Source: an uncultured Spirochaetota bacterium (GTDB lineage: Bacteria; Spirochaetota; Spirochaetia; SZUA-6; Fen-1364). Taken from it: DNA of 64,000 bases. Below the pieces are notes generated by a model. That model was not told where the DNA came from. It did not search any database and worked only from the letters and a program-made list of their open reading frames with translations. Made by a program: the position numbers and the translations under genes. Of this stretch, positions 37,849-47,360 are shown one piece after another (within the stretch, counting starts at the first letter, position 1; each line of letters starts with the position of its first letter). The stretch spans positions 96,001 to 160,000 of the forward strand of contig CAWJSK010000013.1 of assembly GCA_963845535.1 (NCBI GenBank), given 5' to 3'.

Positions 37849-37972
37849 GTGAAGGCACGCCTCACACCTATCAGAAACGCATTTTCCCCAAGTTGCTCGT
37901 GAAGGCACGCCTCACACCTATCGAAAACGCATTTTCCCCAAGTTGCTTGGGAAATTTGCGTTTTCGATAGGT
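37849..37972. repeat. 50-bp direct repeat x2; the second copy extends into a 57-bp palindromic element (37916-37972)
   Basis: Units 37849-37898 and 37899-37948 nearly identical; arms 37916-37942 and 37946-37972 are 24/27 complementary. Confidence 0.85.
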
Positions 37973-38043
37973 CCGGGGGGGTGCGTTCCGGAAATTTTCC
38001 TATCAGGCTGCCATTGCGGCCTTGCCCGGCCCTGGCGCGGGCA

Positions 38044-38349
38044 CTACTCCCTCTGCACCACGGTGAACCTGCACGCGCTCGAGCGCCCATGCTCGTCCGT
38101 TGCCCGAAGCACCCACGTGCCCGGCTGGGCTTTCCAGAAGAATGCCTTCTTGGCGGCGCTTTGACCGACAAAAGACTCGTTGGGCCGGGGCTTGTCCTGC
38201 AGGATCCTCACCACGAGGTACGCCGCCTGGGGGCTGAGCAGGGAGGCCTTTGAGAGCGCCGCCGCGGGCGCTCGGTCGCGGGCTGCCGTGGGAGCGCCCG
38301 CGCGCGCCTTTTTCTGCGACTCATTCCGTGATGCGGCAGCAGCGTCCAA
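38044..38349 (-). pseudogene. Short ORF whose last ~45 aa resemble the C-terminal domain of penicillin-binding protein 1C; probable remnant
   Basis: 'NESFVGQSAAKKAFFWKAQPGTWVLRATDEHGRS...FTVV'; N-terminal half is low-complexity. Confidence 0.45.
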
Positions 38350-38423
38350 CGGACATTCTTTTGCGCACGATATATCACGGGACGCGCCTTGCGCGCAATC
38401 ACGGACATGTGCAACGATCAGGC

Positions 38424-39230
38424 ATGAAATCGATTCGGGAAGCGTTGGATTTCACGGGGAAAGCGGTCCTGGTGACGGGGGCGTCGGGCGTGCTCGGCGC
38501 GGGCATCGCGCGCGTCTTCGCGGAGGCCGGGGCCGCCCTGTTTCTCGGCTGCCGCGCGGAGCAAGGAAAGGCGGAGGCGCTTCGTCGGACCCTTCCTCAT
38601 CCCGAGCGTCACTTCTGCCTTCCCGCGGACGGCGCGGATGAGCAATCCGTTGCCGCGTGCATGGAGCGGATCGCTGACGCCATGGGCCGCGGCAGGCTCG
38701 TCTTTTCCACGCTCATCAACAATGCGGGCGTCTATCCCGTGGCGGCGCTTTCCGAGCTGGATGGCGAGCGCTGGCGCGCAGTCCTGGATGCAAACCTGAC
38801 GGCCACTCACTTTTTCACTCGCGCGGCATCACGGCTCATGGGACGGGGAGGGGCCATCGTCAACATCGCCTCAACGGAAGCTCACCGGCCTGTCCACGGC
38901 CACGCGCATTACGCCGCGGCAAAAGCCGCGGTGCTTCACTACACGCGGGCAAGCGCCCTGGAGCTGGCGGCAAAGGGCATCAGGGTCAACTCGGTCTCCC
39001 CGGGCCTCATCCAACGTGAAGGCCTGGAGCGGGGGTGGCCGTCCGGATACAAGCGGTTCGTCGCCGCGGCGCCCCTGGGGCGGACGGGGATGCCGGAAGA
39101 GATCGGCGCGGCGTGCCTTTTCCTGGCATCCGACGCCGCGGCCTGGATCACGGGGATCGATCTGCTCATGGATGGCGGGGTGAGCCTGGCGTGCGCCCAG
39201 GACCCACTCATTCCCGTGTCAGCGCAGTGA
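38424..39230 (+). CDS. Short-chain dehydrogenase/reductase
   Basis: 'TGASGVLG', 'NNAG', 'HYAAAK', 'NSVSPG'. Confidence 0.9.
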   Translation: MKSIREALDFTGKAVLVTGASGVLGAGIARVFAEAGAALFLGCRAEQGKAEALRRTLPHPERHFCLPADGADEQSVAACMERIADAMGRGRLVFSTLINNAGVYPVAALSELDGERWRAVLDANLTATHFFTRAASRLMGRGGAIVNIASTEAHRPVHGHAHYAAAKAAVLHYTRASALELAAKGIRVNSVSPGLIQREGLERGWPSGYKRFVAAAPLGRTGMPEEIGAACLFLASDAAAWITGIDLLMDGGVSLACAQDPLIPVSAQ

Positions 39231-39675
39231 TGATGTCGGCCTGATCGGGATACCGGGAGAGCAGCTCCGCCCTGGCGCATACACGGAAGTCCTCCGGGGA
39301 GAAAGCCGGCGCCATTGTCGTTCCCAGGAGCGCGTATTCGCCGCCGGGAAGGACGCGGGAACCCTGCACCGCGCCTCCCGGGGCCACCGCCTGGGGCGTT
39401 TCCCCGTCCTCCACGTGACTTCCAAGGATGACGGTCTGGTGGCTGCCGTCCGGGTGGAGCAGGTGAAGCTCGGCGGGGTCACCGGCGTAGAAATGGTAGA
39501 TCTCGTCCGTGCTCAGGACGTGAAAGGCCGAAAAGCCCGGCCCTTCCGCGGTCAACAGGAAGAAGATGGCGGAACCGTGGGCGGAGGTCCACGTCACCCG
39601 GTAACGGCCGCCTTCCTCCGGCAGCGGCTGGAGGTCGAGCAATCGGATGATATCGGAAGGGGAAGGCCGGCCCAT
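39208..39675 (-). CDS. Cupin_5 (DUF985) protein
   Basis: 'LDLQPLPEEGGRY', 'SAIFFLL', 'SAFH', 'DEIYHFYAGDP', 'TMAPAF'. Confidence 0.85.
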   Translation of the reverse strand: MGRPSPSDIIRLLDLQPLPEEGGRYRVTWTSAHGSAIFFLLTAEGPGFSAFHVLSTDEIYHFYAGDPAELHLLHPDGSHQTVILGSHVEDGETPQAVAPGGAVQGSRVLPGGEYALLGTTMAPAFSPEDFRVCARAELLSRYPDQADIITALTRE

Positions 39676-39680
39676 GACCC

Positions 39681-40502
39681 TTATGCCTGCTTTCCCCGGA
39701 GGATCCCGCTGAGCAGGGAAGAAAGAGTTGGGCCCTTCTCCTGTGAGATCGAAATGACTTCCGAAGCGGTGATGGGTTGGGGCAGGATGCCGGCGGCCAT
39801 GTTGGCAATGAGGGATATCCCCATGATGCGCATCCCGCATTGCGCGCCGGCAATTGCTTCCGGCACGGTCGACATTCCCACCGCGTCAGCTCCCAGAGCG
39901 CGCGCCATGCGGATCTCCGCGGACGTCTCGAAGCTGGGGCCGTTGAACCACGCGTAGACGCCCTGATGAATGGTGATCCCGAGCTTCGTCGCCGCGCCAA
40001 CGGCAAGCGCCCGCAGCGCGGCGTCGTACACGTTCGACATGTCCGGGAACCGGGGACCGAATGACGGGCTCTCCTGGCCCATCAGTGGGTTCTCGCCGGC
40101 AAGGTTGATGTGGTCAGAGATGAGCATGAGATCCCCGGGCGCATATGACAGGTTCACGCCGCCGGCCGCGTTTGTGAGAACGAGGATGCGCGCCCCCAGC
40201 GCGTGGAGCACCCGCGGGGCAAAACACAGCATAGCGGAGGAGTAGCCTTCGTAGAAATGGAAGCGGCCCTGCATGACGATCACTCTTCGTCCGCCAAGCG
40301 TGCCCGCCACAAGGCGGCCTGCATGCCCGGGCGCGGTCGAAACGGGAAAGTGGGGAATGTCGGCGTACGGGATTGCAACGGCTTCCTGCAGCTCATCCTC
40401 AATGCCTCCAAGGCCTGATCCGAGGACAAGCGCAATCTCAGGCGGCGCGTCAATCCTCGAGCGGACGTAATCAGCGGCCCTGGCTTCCGGCCTCTGTTTC
40501 AC
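39681..40502 (-). CDS. punA: Purine-nucleoside phosphorylase (trimeric type)
   Basis: 'LGSGLG', 'GRFHFYEG', 'TNAAGG', 'GPSFET', 'VGMSTVPE'. Confidence 0.92.
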   Translation of the reverse strand: MKQRPEARAADYVRSRIDAPPEIALVLGSGLGGIEDELQEAVAIPYADIPHFPVSTAPGHAGRLVAGTLGGRRVIVMQGRFHFYEGYSSAMLCFAPRVLHALGARILVLTNAAGGVNLSYAPGDLMLISDHINLAGENPLMGQESPSFGPRFPDMSNVYDAALRALAVGAATKLGITIHQGVYAWFNGPSFETSAEIRMARALGADAVGMSTVPEAIAGAQCGMRIMGISLIANMAAGILPQPITASEVISISQEKGPTLSSLLSGILRGKQA

Positions 40503-40528
40503 GGTGGTTGCCTCGCGTCGTGCGAAAG

Positions 40529-40550
40529 GGCGGGGGAGCAGCCCCCCGCC
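40529..40550 (-). terminator. GC stem-loop downstream of BMP gene
   Basis: GGCGGGGG-AGCAGC-CCCCCGCC. Confidence 0.5.
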
Positions 40551-40564
40551 TGATCACACAAACG

Positions 40565-41599
40565 CTATTTGTTGATCCCTAGCTCCGCCAGGCTCACGGG
40601 AACCTTTATCGTTCCCGCAATAATGCCCTTCTTTGCCTTGGCCACGGCGTCTTTGACTTCCTGGGGAACGGTCGTGTCGAACTTGTGGAACGGCGCTATA
40701 TCGATAGCGTCCTCCGCCAGACCGTAGACGATGTTTTGCCCGCCTTTCAGCGTTCCGTCGGACAACGCCTTGATGGCCTTGTACGCGGAGATGGTGGTCC
40801 CCTTGAGCGCTGAGGTCAGCACGTAGTCAGGCGCGGCGGCGTACTGATCAACGTCCGCCCCGATGGCGAAAACATGGCGTTCCCGGGCGGCGTCTATCAC
40901 GCCCATGCCGGTCAAGCCCGCGATCTGCATGATGATGTCAGCCCCCTGGTCTACGAGGGCCATCGAGGCTTCCTTGCCCTTTGCCCGGTCCGCAAAAGTC
41001 CCGGTCACGATGTACCGCACGTCCACCGTGGGGTTCACGGACCTTGCCCCGGCAATATAGCCTGCCAGATAGCGTTCCACCGGCGGGATGTCCATCCCGA
41101 GCACCGCGCCAATGACGTTCTTGTCGTTCAGGAGCGGAGAGCGGCTGGAATACTTCTTGGTCATGTAGCCGGCAACGATTCCCGCCAGGTAGCCTGCTTC
41201 CTGCTCGCGGTAGGAGATGCCAATCAGGTTCGGCGGGATGTCGCCGCTGTAGTAATGGTCGATCCCGGCAAAGTACGTATCAGGATGGCTCTTCGCGGCT
41301 TCCTGGATCTGCTCGATCATGAGCGCTCCGACTCCGAACACGAGCTTGGCGCCGTCCTCCGCAAGACCGGAAAGGTTCGGGACATAGTCCGTCATGGCGT
41401 GGGCTTCCACCACCTTGATGGTGCACAAGCCCTCGGCTTCCGCCCTCTTCAGCCCGGCATAGACGCCGTCATTGAACGAGCCGTCTCCCAACCCGTTCGT
41501 GTCCGTGGTCATGGCGACCAGCGGCTTGGCGCTCTGCGCGCCAAGGGACACCGTCAGCGCCACGCCGATGATGAGCGCCAGAATGAGTGCACGTTTCAT
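40565..41599 (-). CDS. BMP-family nucleoside ABC substrate-binding protein
   Basis: 'GLGDGSFN', 'EQEAGYLAG', 'GADII', 'IGADVDQ', 'LTSALK'. Confidence 0.9.
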   Translation of the reverse strand: MKRALILALIIGVALTVSLGAQSAKPLVAMTTDTNGLGDGSFNDGVYAGLKRAEAEGLCTIKVVEAHAMTDYVPNLSGLAEDGAKLVFGVGALMIEQIQEAAKSHPDTYFAGIDHYYSGDIPPNLIGISYREQEAGYLAGIVAGYMTKKYSSRSPLLNDKNVIGAVLGMDIPPVERYLAGYIAGARSVNPTVDVRYIVTGTFADRAKGKEASMALVDQGADIIMQIAGLTGMGVIDAARERHVFAIGADVDQYAAAPDYVLTSALKGTTISAYKAIKALSDGTLKGGQNIVYGLAEDAIDIAPFHKFDTTVPQEVKDAVAKAKKGIIAGTIKVPVSLAELGINK

Positions 41600-41635
41600 C
41601 TGTGACCTCCCAAAGACCTGGATGTCTGGCCGCGC

Positions 41636-41665
41636 CAACTGCGGTATCCCCCACCGCGGTATCCC
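41636..41665. repeat. 15-nt tandem repeat x2 in BMP leader, within hairpin-capable sequence
   Basis: CAACTGCGGTATCCC / CCACCGCGGTATCCC. Confidence 0.55.
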
Positions 41666-41745
41666 CGCAGTGCGGAAGCCCGGAAGGCGCGGTTATCGCA
41701 AATCCCACTCTCCAACGGAGAGATCGTTCCCAGAAGCTTGTTCCG

Positions 41746-42705
41746 TCATTCTCCCTCCCCCTCGATCGTGAAGTCCTTCCCCACGGCGGCGGGCGGGCGG
41801 GATCCGCGGACCAGCCCGGCAACCGCGGCTATTGTCGCCACATAGGGGAACACGAGGAATACCTCCGAGGGGACCTTGATGAGCCCTGCGCTTTGCACGC
41901 GAAGCTGCAGGGCGTCCACGAAGCCGAAGAAGAACGACGAGAGAAAGCACCCGAGGGGACGCCAGCCCCCTGCTATGTTCGCCGCCAGCGCTATGAAGCC
42001 GCGCCCGTTCGTCATGCCTTCGGTGAAGGAGTTGGAGTTTTCGATGGAAAGAAACGATCCAGCAATTCCGCACAGCAGTCCGGACATCAGCACGCCGAAG
42101 TACCGGATCCGCGCAACGGACCGCCCCAACGTTTCATACGCCATGGGATGCTCTCCCGAGGCCAGGACGGAAAGGCCGAGCCGCGTCCGGGCGAGTATCC
42201 ACCCCCACGCAATGACTGCAATCAAGGACAGGTACACGATGGGGGTCTGATTGAAGAAGGCCGGGCCCACGACGGGCAGGGAGCTGAGGAAAGGCAGGGC
42301 GTACTTGTAGTGGTGAAGCGTCACCGGCAGGGCGGGCGAGCTGCCCTGGATATGGTAGAAGACGTTCATGAAGTAGCGCGTGAAGCCGAAGGCGAGGATG
42401 TTCATGATGGCCCCGGCAACGACGTGATTGATGTGCAGCGTCACCGCGGCCCAGGCAAAGAGGAGGGAAAATGCCATGCCACCCGCAATCCCGCCCAGGA
42501 GCCCGAGCCATGGGCTGCCCGTGGCATAACCCACCGCCGCCGCGAAGAATGCTCCCATGAGCATGATCCCTTCCATGGCAATGTTGGTGACCCCGGTGCG
42601 CTCACAGACCATTGCGCCAAGAGAGGCCAGCGTCACCGGCGTTGAAAGCCGGATGGTGGCTTCGAGGAGCTGCGGCGTGAAGATGGTTGCCAGCGCCTGC
42701 ATCAT
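41746..42705 (-). CDS. Nucleoside ABC permease
   Basis: 'ERTGVTNIAMEG', 'GEHP', 'GRGFIALAA'. Confidence 0.9.
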   Translation of the reverse strand: MMQALATIFTPQLLEATIRLSTPVTLASLGAMVCERTGVTNIAMEGIMLMGAFFAAAVGYATGSPWLGLLGGIAGGMAFSLLFAWAAVTLHINHVVAGAIMNILAFGFTRYFMNVFYHIQGSSPALPVTLHHYKYALPFLSSLPVVGPAFFNQTPIVYLSLIAVIAWGWILARTRLGLSVLASGEHPMAYETLGRSVARIRYFGVLMSGLLCGIAGSFLSIENSNSFTEGMTNGRGFIALAANIAGGWRPLGCFLSSFFFGFVDALQLRVQSAGLIKVPSEVFLVFPYVATIAAVAGLVRGSRPPAAVGKDFTIEGEGE

Positions 42706-43937
42706 GCGGCGGCCTTCTTCCCCCGCAGCCGGGCGGACAGCCACGACCAGAGGTACTCCGAGAGCATGAGGACCAATATCACACCCTTGACGATCTCGAT
42801 GATTGCATTCGGGGTCTGCGCCGTGCGCGCCATGTACTGCCCGCCCGCGTCCAGCGTGCCCCAGAGGAGCGCTGCAAAGATGATGACCACCGGGTTGTTG
42901 CGGGCAAGGAGCGCCACGGATATCCCGTTCCAGCCATATCCCGCGCTGAGGTTCTGGTACATGCGGTGGTCGAGGCCGACAACCTGGACCACTCCCGAGA
43001 GCGCGGCCACCGCGCCTGAGATCAGGAGGCTTGCAACGGTGATCCGCGCAACGGAGATCCCCTGCATGCGCGCCGCGGTGGGATTGAAGCCCGTTGCCCT
43101 GATCTTGAATCCGAGGTTCGTCCGCGCAAGGAGGTATGACACGAGCAAGGCCAGCGCGATGGCAATCAGCACTCCGATGTGAAGGCGGTAGTTCGCCAGC
43201 GGCAGAAAGCTCTTGAAGACCGGAAGCTGGCTCTGCTGGAGGATGGTGTCCGTGGCGCCGGGGTGGTCGGTCATGGACGGGTCCCCACCATGTGCCCGGA
43301 TGAAGATGGGTGACAGCGTTGAGATGGCGTACGCGAACATCATGGTCGTAACCACCTCATGCGCCCCTGTTCGGACTTTGAGCCAGGCGGGGACGAGGTT
43401 TGCCATGGCTCCCGCCATTGCGCCGGCAACGAAGATGAGCGGCAGCTCAAGCGCGGCAGGCAGATGGAGGGAGAGCCCGAGCCAGGTCGCCACCATGACT
43501 CCCACGTAGTACTGGCCTTCAGCGCCGATGTTGAAAAGCCCCCCGTGAAAGGCGATGGCAACCGCCAGCGCGGTGAAGATGAGCGGCGTGGCGTTCAGCA
43601 CGGAAACGTACCAGTTCTTGACCAGCCCCCCGTAGAACAGCGCGCCGTACGATGAGACGGGGTCATGGCCCGTGGCTCCCATGATGGCAGCGCCAATGAG
43701 CAGCGCAAGGCAGAGGCCTTCCACCGGCATGGCGGCCTTTGCCAGGAGCACGCGCGCTCTGGCGCCGGCCTCCGCGGGGCCGAGGGAGAGGACGCGTTCC
43801 GCGGCCAGGACGCAGGCGGTCCCCAGGAGGAGCCACGCGCCCCAGGAATACGAGGCAAGGGAGAGCACAACCCCCGGCAGGGCCAGGAGCACGGCCGCTG
43901 AAATGAGGCCGATTCGGACCATCGTCTTTTTGGTCAC
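42702..43937 (-). CDS. Nucleoside ABC permease
   Basis: 'GLFNIGAEGQ', 'GAHEVVTT', 'GYGWNGISVALL'. Confidence 0.9.
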   Translation of the reverse strand: MTKKTMVRIGLISAAVLLALPGVVLSLASYSWGAWLLLGTACVLAAERVLSLGPAEAGARARVLLAKAAMPVEGLCLALLIGAAIMGATGHDPVSSYGALFYGGLVKNWYVSVLNATPLIFTALAVAIAFHGGLFNIGAEGQYYVGVMVATWLGLSLHLPAALELPLIFVAGAMAGAMANLVPAWLKVRTGAHEVVTTMMFAYAISTLSPIFIRAHGGDPSMTDHPGATDTILQQSQLPVFKSFLPLANYRLHIGVLIAIALALLVSYLLARTNLGFKIRATGFNPTAARMQGISVARITVASLLISGAVAALSGVVQVVGLDHRMYQNLSAGYGWNGISVALLARNNPVVIIFAALLWGTLDAGGQYMARTAQTPNAIIEIVKGVILVLMLSEYLWSWLSARLRGKKAAA

Positions 43938-45526
43938 GCGCGCGTCTCCGCAAGCCCGCGGATCATGTATTCCCCCACCTCGGCCTGCGTGGTTTGGGCA
44001 GCGGGCCTCTCAAAAACGACCCTCCCCCCATGCAGCACGGCAACCCGGTCGGACAGGTCGAAGATCTCCTCCAGCTCCATCGAGATGAGAAGTATGGCTG
44101 TCCCTTTGTCCCGCAGCTCGCGGATGCGCCCGTAGATGTATTCCGCGGCCCCGACATCCAGGCCCCGGGTGGGCTGGCAGACAAGGAGGAACGTCGGGTC
44201 CCGGGAAAACTCCCGCGCAAGGATGACCTTCTGCTGGTTGCCTCCCGACAGCGTGGAGGCCGCGGCCTCCGCGCTCGCGGCGCGGATGTCGAAGCGTTCC
44301 ATGAGCTTCTCACCGTGGCTGTGGACGGCGGAAAGATCCAGGAACCCGTTCCTGTTGAACGGGGGGAGGTCGCTCGCTCCCAGGAGCAGGTTCTCTTCTA
44401 TTGTGAGGGGAAGCACGAGCCCCGCGCCGCGCCTGTCCTGCGGCACGGTCCCCATTCCCGCGAGCATTCGCTTCTTCACGCTCCAGCGGCTGATGTCCTT
44501 CCCTTTGAAGACGAGGGTGCCGCGCTCGACCGGCGCAAGCCCTACCACCGCGTCTGCGAGCTCTTTCTGCCCATTGCCTTCCACGCCGGCCAGGCCGACG
44601 ATCTCCCCGGCACCGACGGCCAGGCTGCACCCCGTGAGAGCCAGAAACCCTCGGGAGCTTCGGACCTCGATCCTATCCGCGGTGAGGATTGGCCGCGGGG
44701 ATGACGCCGGGCCGGCGCGCCGCGAGCGGAGTGAAACTTCTCTTCCCACCATCAGGGAAGCCAATTCGGACGCTCCGACATCCGCCGTGCGTCTCTCTCC
44801 CGCCACGACTCCCCGCCGCAGGATGTAGACCCTGGCGGACAGATTTTTCACTTCATCGAGCTTGTGCGTGATGATGATGATGGACGTTCCGTGGGACGCA
44901 AGGCGCCTCAGGACGCCGAACAGCTCCTCCACCTCCCTGCCCGTGAGCACGCCAGTGGGCTCGTCGAGGATCAGGATCCGGGCGCTCCGGTACAAGGCCT
45001 TGAGGATTTCAACGCGCTGCTGCATGCCGACGGACAGGTCCTCGACGCGGGCATCCGGATCCACGCCGAGGTGGTAGCGCTCCGCCAGCTCCGCCACTTT
45101 CTTGCGCGCCTCGGCGTACCTGATGTGTCCCAGGCGCACCGGTTCGGCGCCGAGAATGATGTTCTGCGTGACGGTAAGAGTGGGCACGAGCATGAAATGC
45201 TGGTGAACCATCCCCAGGCCCTGCCGGATGGCCTCCCGAGGCGAGTCGAAGACTACCGGCCGGCCGTCGAGGAAGATCTGCCCGGCGCTGGGACGGTACA
45301 GGCCGAACAGAATGTTCATCAGGGTCGTCTTTCCGGCCCCGTTCTCTCCCAGGATGGCAACAATCTCTCCGCGCCCCAGCGTAATGGAGATGTCCTTGTT
45401 GGCAACCACGCGAGCAAATACTTTTGTCACCCCACGGGTTTCGAGGACGGGGGCGGATGCGCTCGACAGATCATTTCTGGCGGCAGGCGTTCTCACATCC
45501 TGGCCCTGAGGTACTGGTTCGGCCAC
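43934..45526 (-). CDS. Nucleoside ABC ATPase, duplicated NBD (start approximate)
   Basis: 'GENGAGKTT', 'MVHQHFML', 'LSGGNQQK', 'PTRGLD'. Confidence 0.92.
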   Translation of the reverse strand: MAEPVPQGQDVRTPAARNDLSSASAPVLETRGVTKVFARVVANKDISITLGRGEIVAILGENGAGKTTLMNILFGLYRPSAGQIFLDGRPVVFDSPREAIRQGLGMVHQHFMLVPTLTVTQNIILGAEPVRLGHIRYAEARKKVAELAERYHLGVDPDARVEDLSVGMQQRVEILKALYRSARILILDEPTGVLTGREVEELFGVLRRLASHGTSIIIITHKLDEVKNLSARVYILRRGVVAGERRTADVGASELASLMVGREVSLRSRRAGPASSPRPILTADRIEVRSSRGFLALTGCSLAVGAGEIVGLAGVEGNGQKELADAVVGLAPVERGTLVFKGKDISRWSVKKRMLAGMGTVPQDRRGAGLVLPLTIEENLLLGASDLPPFNRNGFLDLSAVHSHGEKLMERFDIRAASAEAAASTLSGGNQQKVILAREFSRDPTFLLVCQPTRGLDVGAAEYIYGRIRELRDKGTAILLISMELEEIFDLSDRVAVLHGGRVVFERPAAQTTQAEVGEYMIRGLAETRA

Positions 45527-46551
45527 GGAGCCTGAGCCTTGAGCTCGAAAGCGGCGCGAAGCGGCCAGTACGGATCACGCAGGAGCTGGCGGGCCATGAC
45601 AATGAGGTCCGACTGGCCGGTTCGAAGGACGTGGTCCGCCTGCTGGGCCGAGGTGATCAAGCCGAGCGCGCCGGTGAGGATGCCCGCTTCGCGGCGGATG
45701 CGTTCCGCAAATCCGGTCTGATACCCCGGCCCCAAGGGAATGTCTGCTTTGGCGACGTTGCCTCCCGAGGAGCAGTCGATCAGGTCTACCCCCTCCGCTT
45801 TCAGGGTGCGCGCAAGCTCGACTGACTGTTCGATGTCCCAGCCTCCCTCCACCCAATCCGTTGCGGATACCCTGACGAAAAGCGGCAGACGCTCCGGCCA
45901 GACCTTCCGCACGGCGGCGGCAACCTCCCGCGTGAGCCTCATTCTGTTCTCAAGGGAACCGCCGTATTCGTCGGTCCTTCGGTTGGAGAGCGGGGAAAGG
46001 AACTGGTGCAGGAGGTATCCGTGCGCCGAATGGATCTCCAGGGCCTGGAAGCCGGCGGCAAGCGCCCTCCTGGCTGCCGCGGTGAAGTCCTCCACCACCT
46101 GGGAGACTCCCTGGCGCGACAGCTCCTCAGGCACCGTGTGATCCTGCGCAAAAGGGACCGGGCTCGGACCGACGGGCTTCCAACCGCCGCTTGACTCCGT
46201 CACCGGGGCGCCGCCGTCCCACGGCGCGGCAACAGAGGCCTTCCTGCCGGCGTGGGCAAGCTGCATGCCGGGGGCCGCTCCCTGGGACGCAACAAACCGC
46301 GCAATCCTCTCCAGCGCCGGTACGTGCTCGTCTTTCCAGATCCCCAGGTCCTGAGCGCTGATCCGCCCCAGCGGCGTGACGGCGGTGGCCTCCGTGAAGA
46401 CGAGCGCCGCCCCGCCAACCGCGCGGCTTCCCAGGTGAACGAGGTGCCAATCAGTTGCAAACCCGTCCTGGGACGAGTACTGGCACATGGGGGAGACACA
46501 AATCCTGTTTCGAAGCGTGACCGCTCGAACTGTCAAAGGTGTGAACAGCAT
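45493..46551 (-). CDS. namA: NADH:flavin oxidoreductase, Old Yellow Enzyme NamA/YqjM type
   Basis: 'VSPMCQYS', 'QLAHAGRKAS', 'HSAHGYLLHQFLSP', 'LRDPYWP'. Confidence 0.88.
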   Translation of the reverse strand: MLFTPLTVRAVTLRNRICVSPMCQYSSQDGFATDWHLVHLGSRAVGGAALVFTEATAVTPLGRISAQDLGIWKDEHVPALERIARFVASQGAAPGMQLAHAGRKASVAAPWDGGAPVTESSGGWKPVGPSPVPFAQDHTVPEELSRQGVSQVVEDFTAAARRALAAGFQALEIHSAHGYLLHQFLSPLSNRRTDEYGGSLENRMRLTREVAAAVRKVWPERLPLFVRVSATDWVEGGWDIEQSVELARTLKAEGVDLIDCSSGGNVAKADIPLGPGYQTGFAERIRREAGILTGALGLITSAQQADHVLRTGQSDLIVMARQLLRDPYWPLRAAFELKAQAPWPNQYLRARM

Positions 46552-46614
46552 ACCCTCAATGAAGCTCGATCAATCCGCTTTGCGCAAGCGGCGCCCGGGT
46601 CTGTTCGCGGGAAG

Positions 46615-47318
46615 CTACTTCTGCTTTTGGGCCGCTGCCGCGGTGAGTTTCTCCGCAAGGTCAGGAGCGATCTGCTCGTGCTTGAAGAACACGAACGCAT
46701 CCTCCCATCCCATGTCGGCGATTCGACGGGACCAGTCGGAGAGCTCCCCGGCTGGTACGCGGTCTTTCGGAGGCGCAGATAACCCCACGGGGCAGTGCGG
46801 ACCAGGGCGGGATCAGGCTCCTCATCGGTCTGGCTTGCCACCAGCGCCACGCCGTGCTTTTCCAGGAGCGCGTAGACCTGGGGGTCCAACCACGACTGAT
46901 TGCGGACTTCCAAAGCGGCGCGCATGCCCTTGGGAATCAGCGCAAGGAACGCGGCCAGGCGTTCGTCGTCACGGGCAAAGTTGGGGGGAATCTGGACGAG
47001 GAACGCGCCGAGCTTCGGCCCAAGCGTGCGCGCGCTTTCCATGAGGAACCCCGTCTCTTCCTCCACGCCCTTGAGGCGTTTGAAGTGAGTGATCTTCTGG
47101 GACACCTTGAGCACGAACCGGAAGCTCTCCGGCACCTGGGATGCCCACCCGTCCAGGAGCTTGATGGTTGGAAGGCGGTAAAACGTATTGTTGATTTCCA
47201 CGGTGCCAAGCCGCTCTGCATAGTACGACAGCATGTTGGCGGCCTTGAGGTCCTTCGGATAAAAAACGCCTTTCCATTCCTTGTAGCTGTAGCCGCTTGT
47301 CCCGATCCTTAGCGTCAC
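46615..47318 (-). CDS. DUF72-family protein, single-base frameshift in a G-run near 46745
   Basis: 'GTSGYSY..W', 'VEINNTFY', 'YLRLR'; adding one G restores 'ELSDWSRRI...AFVFFKHE' and a TAG at 46615-46617. Confidence 0.85.
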
Positions 47319-47360
47319 AGAATGAAGATACTGAGGAAGCGCGGTGCCGTGGGCGCTATC

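Noticed and set aside
37849..37972. CRISPR mini-array
   Set aside because: Units are contiguous 50-mers with no unique spacers, and no cas genes are present
37916..37972. Integron attC site (size and palindromy fit)
   Set aside because: Ends are ACCTAT/ATAGGT, not RYYYAAC/GTTRRRY; no integrase or cassette array
41600..41745. Purine riboswitch upstream of BMP
   Set aside because: Purine-riboswitch core sequences not found by eye
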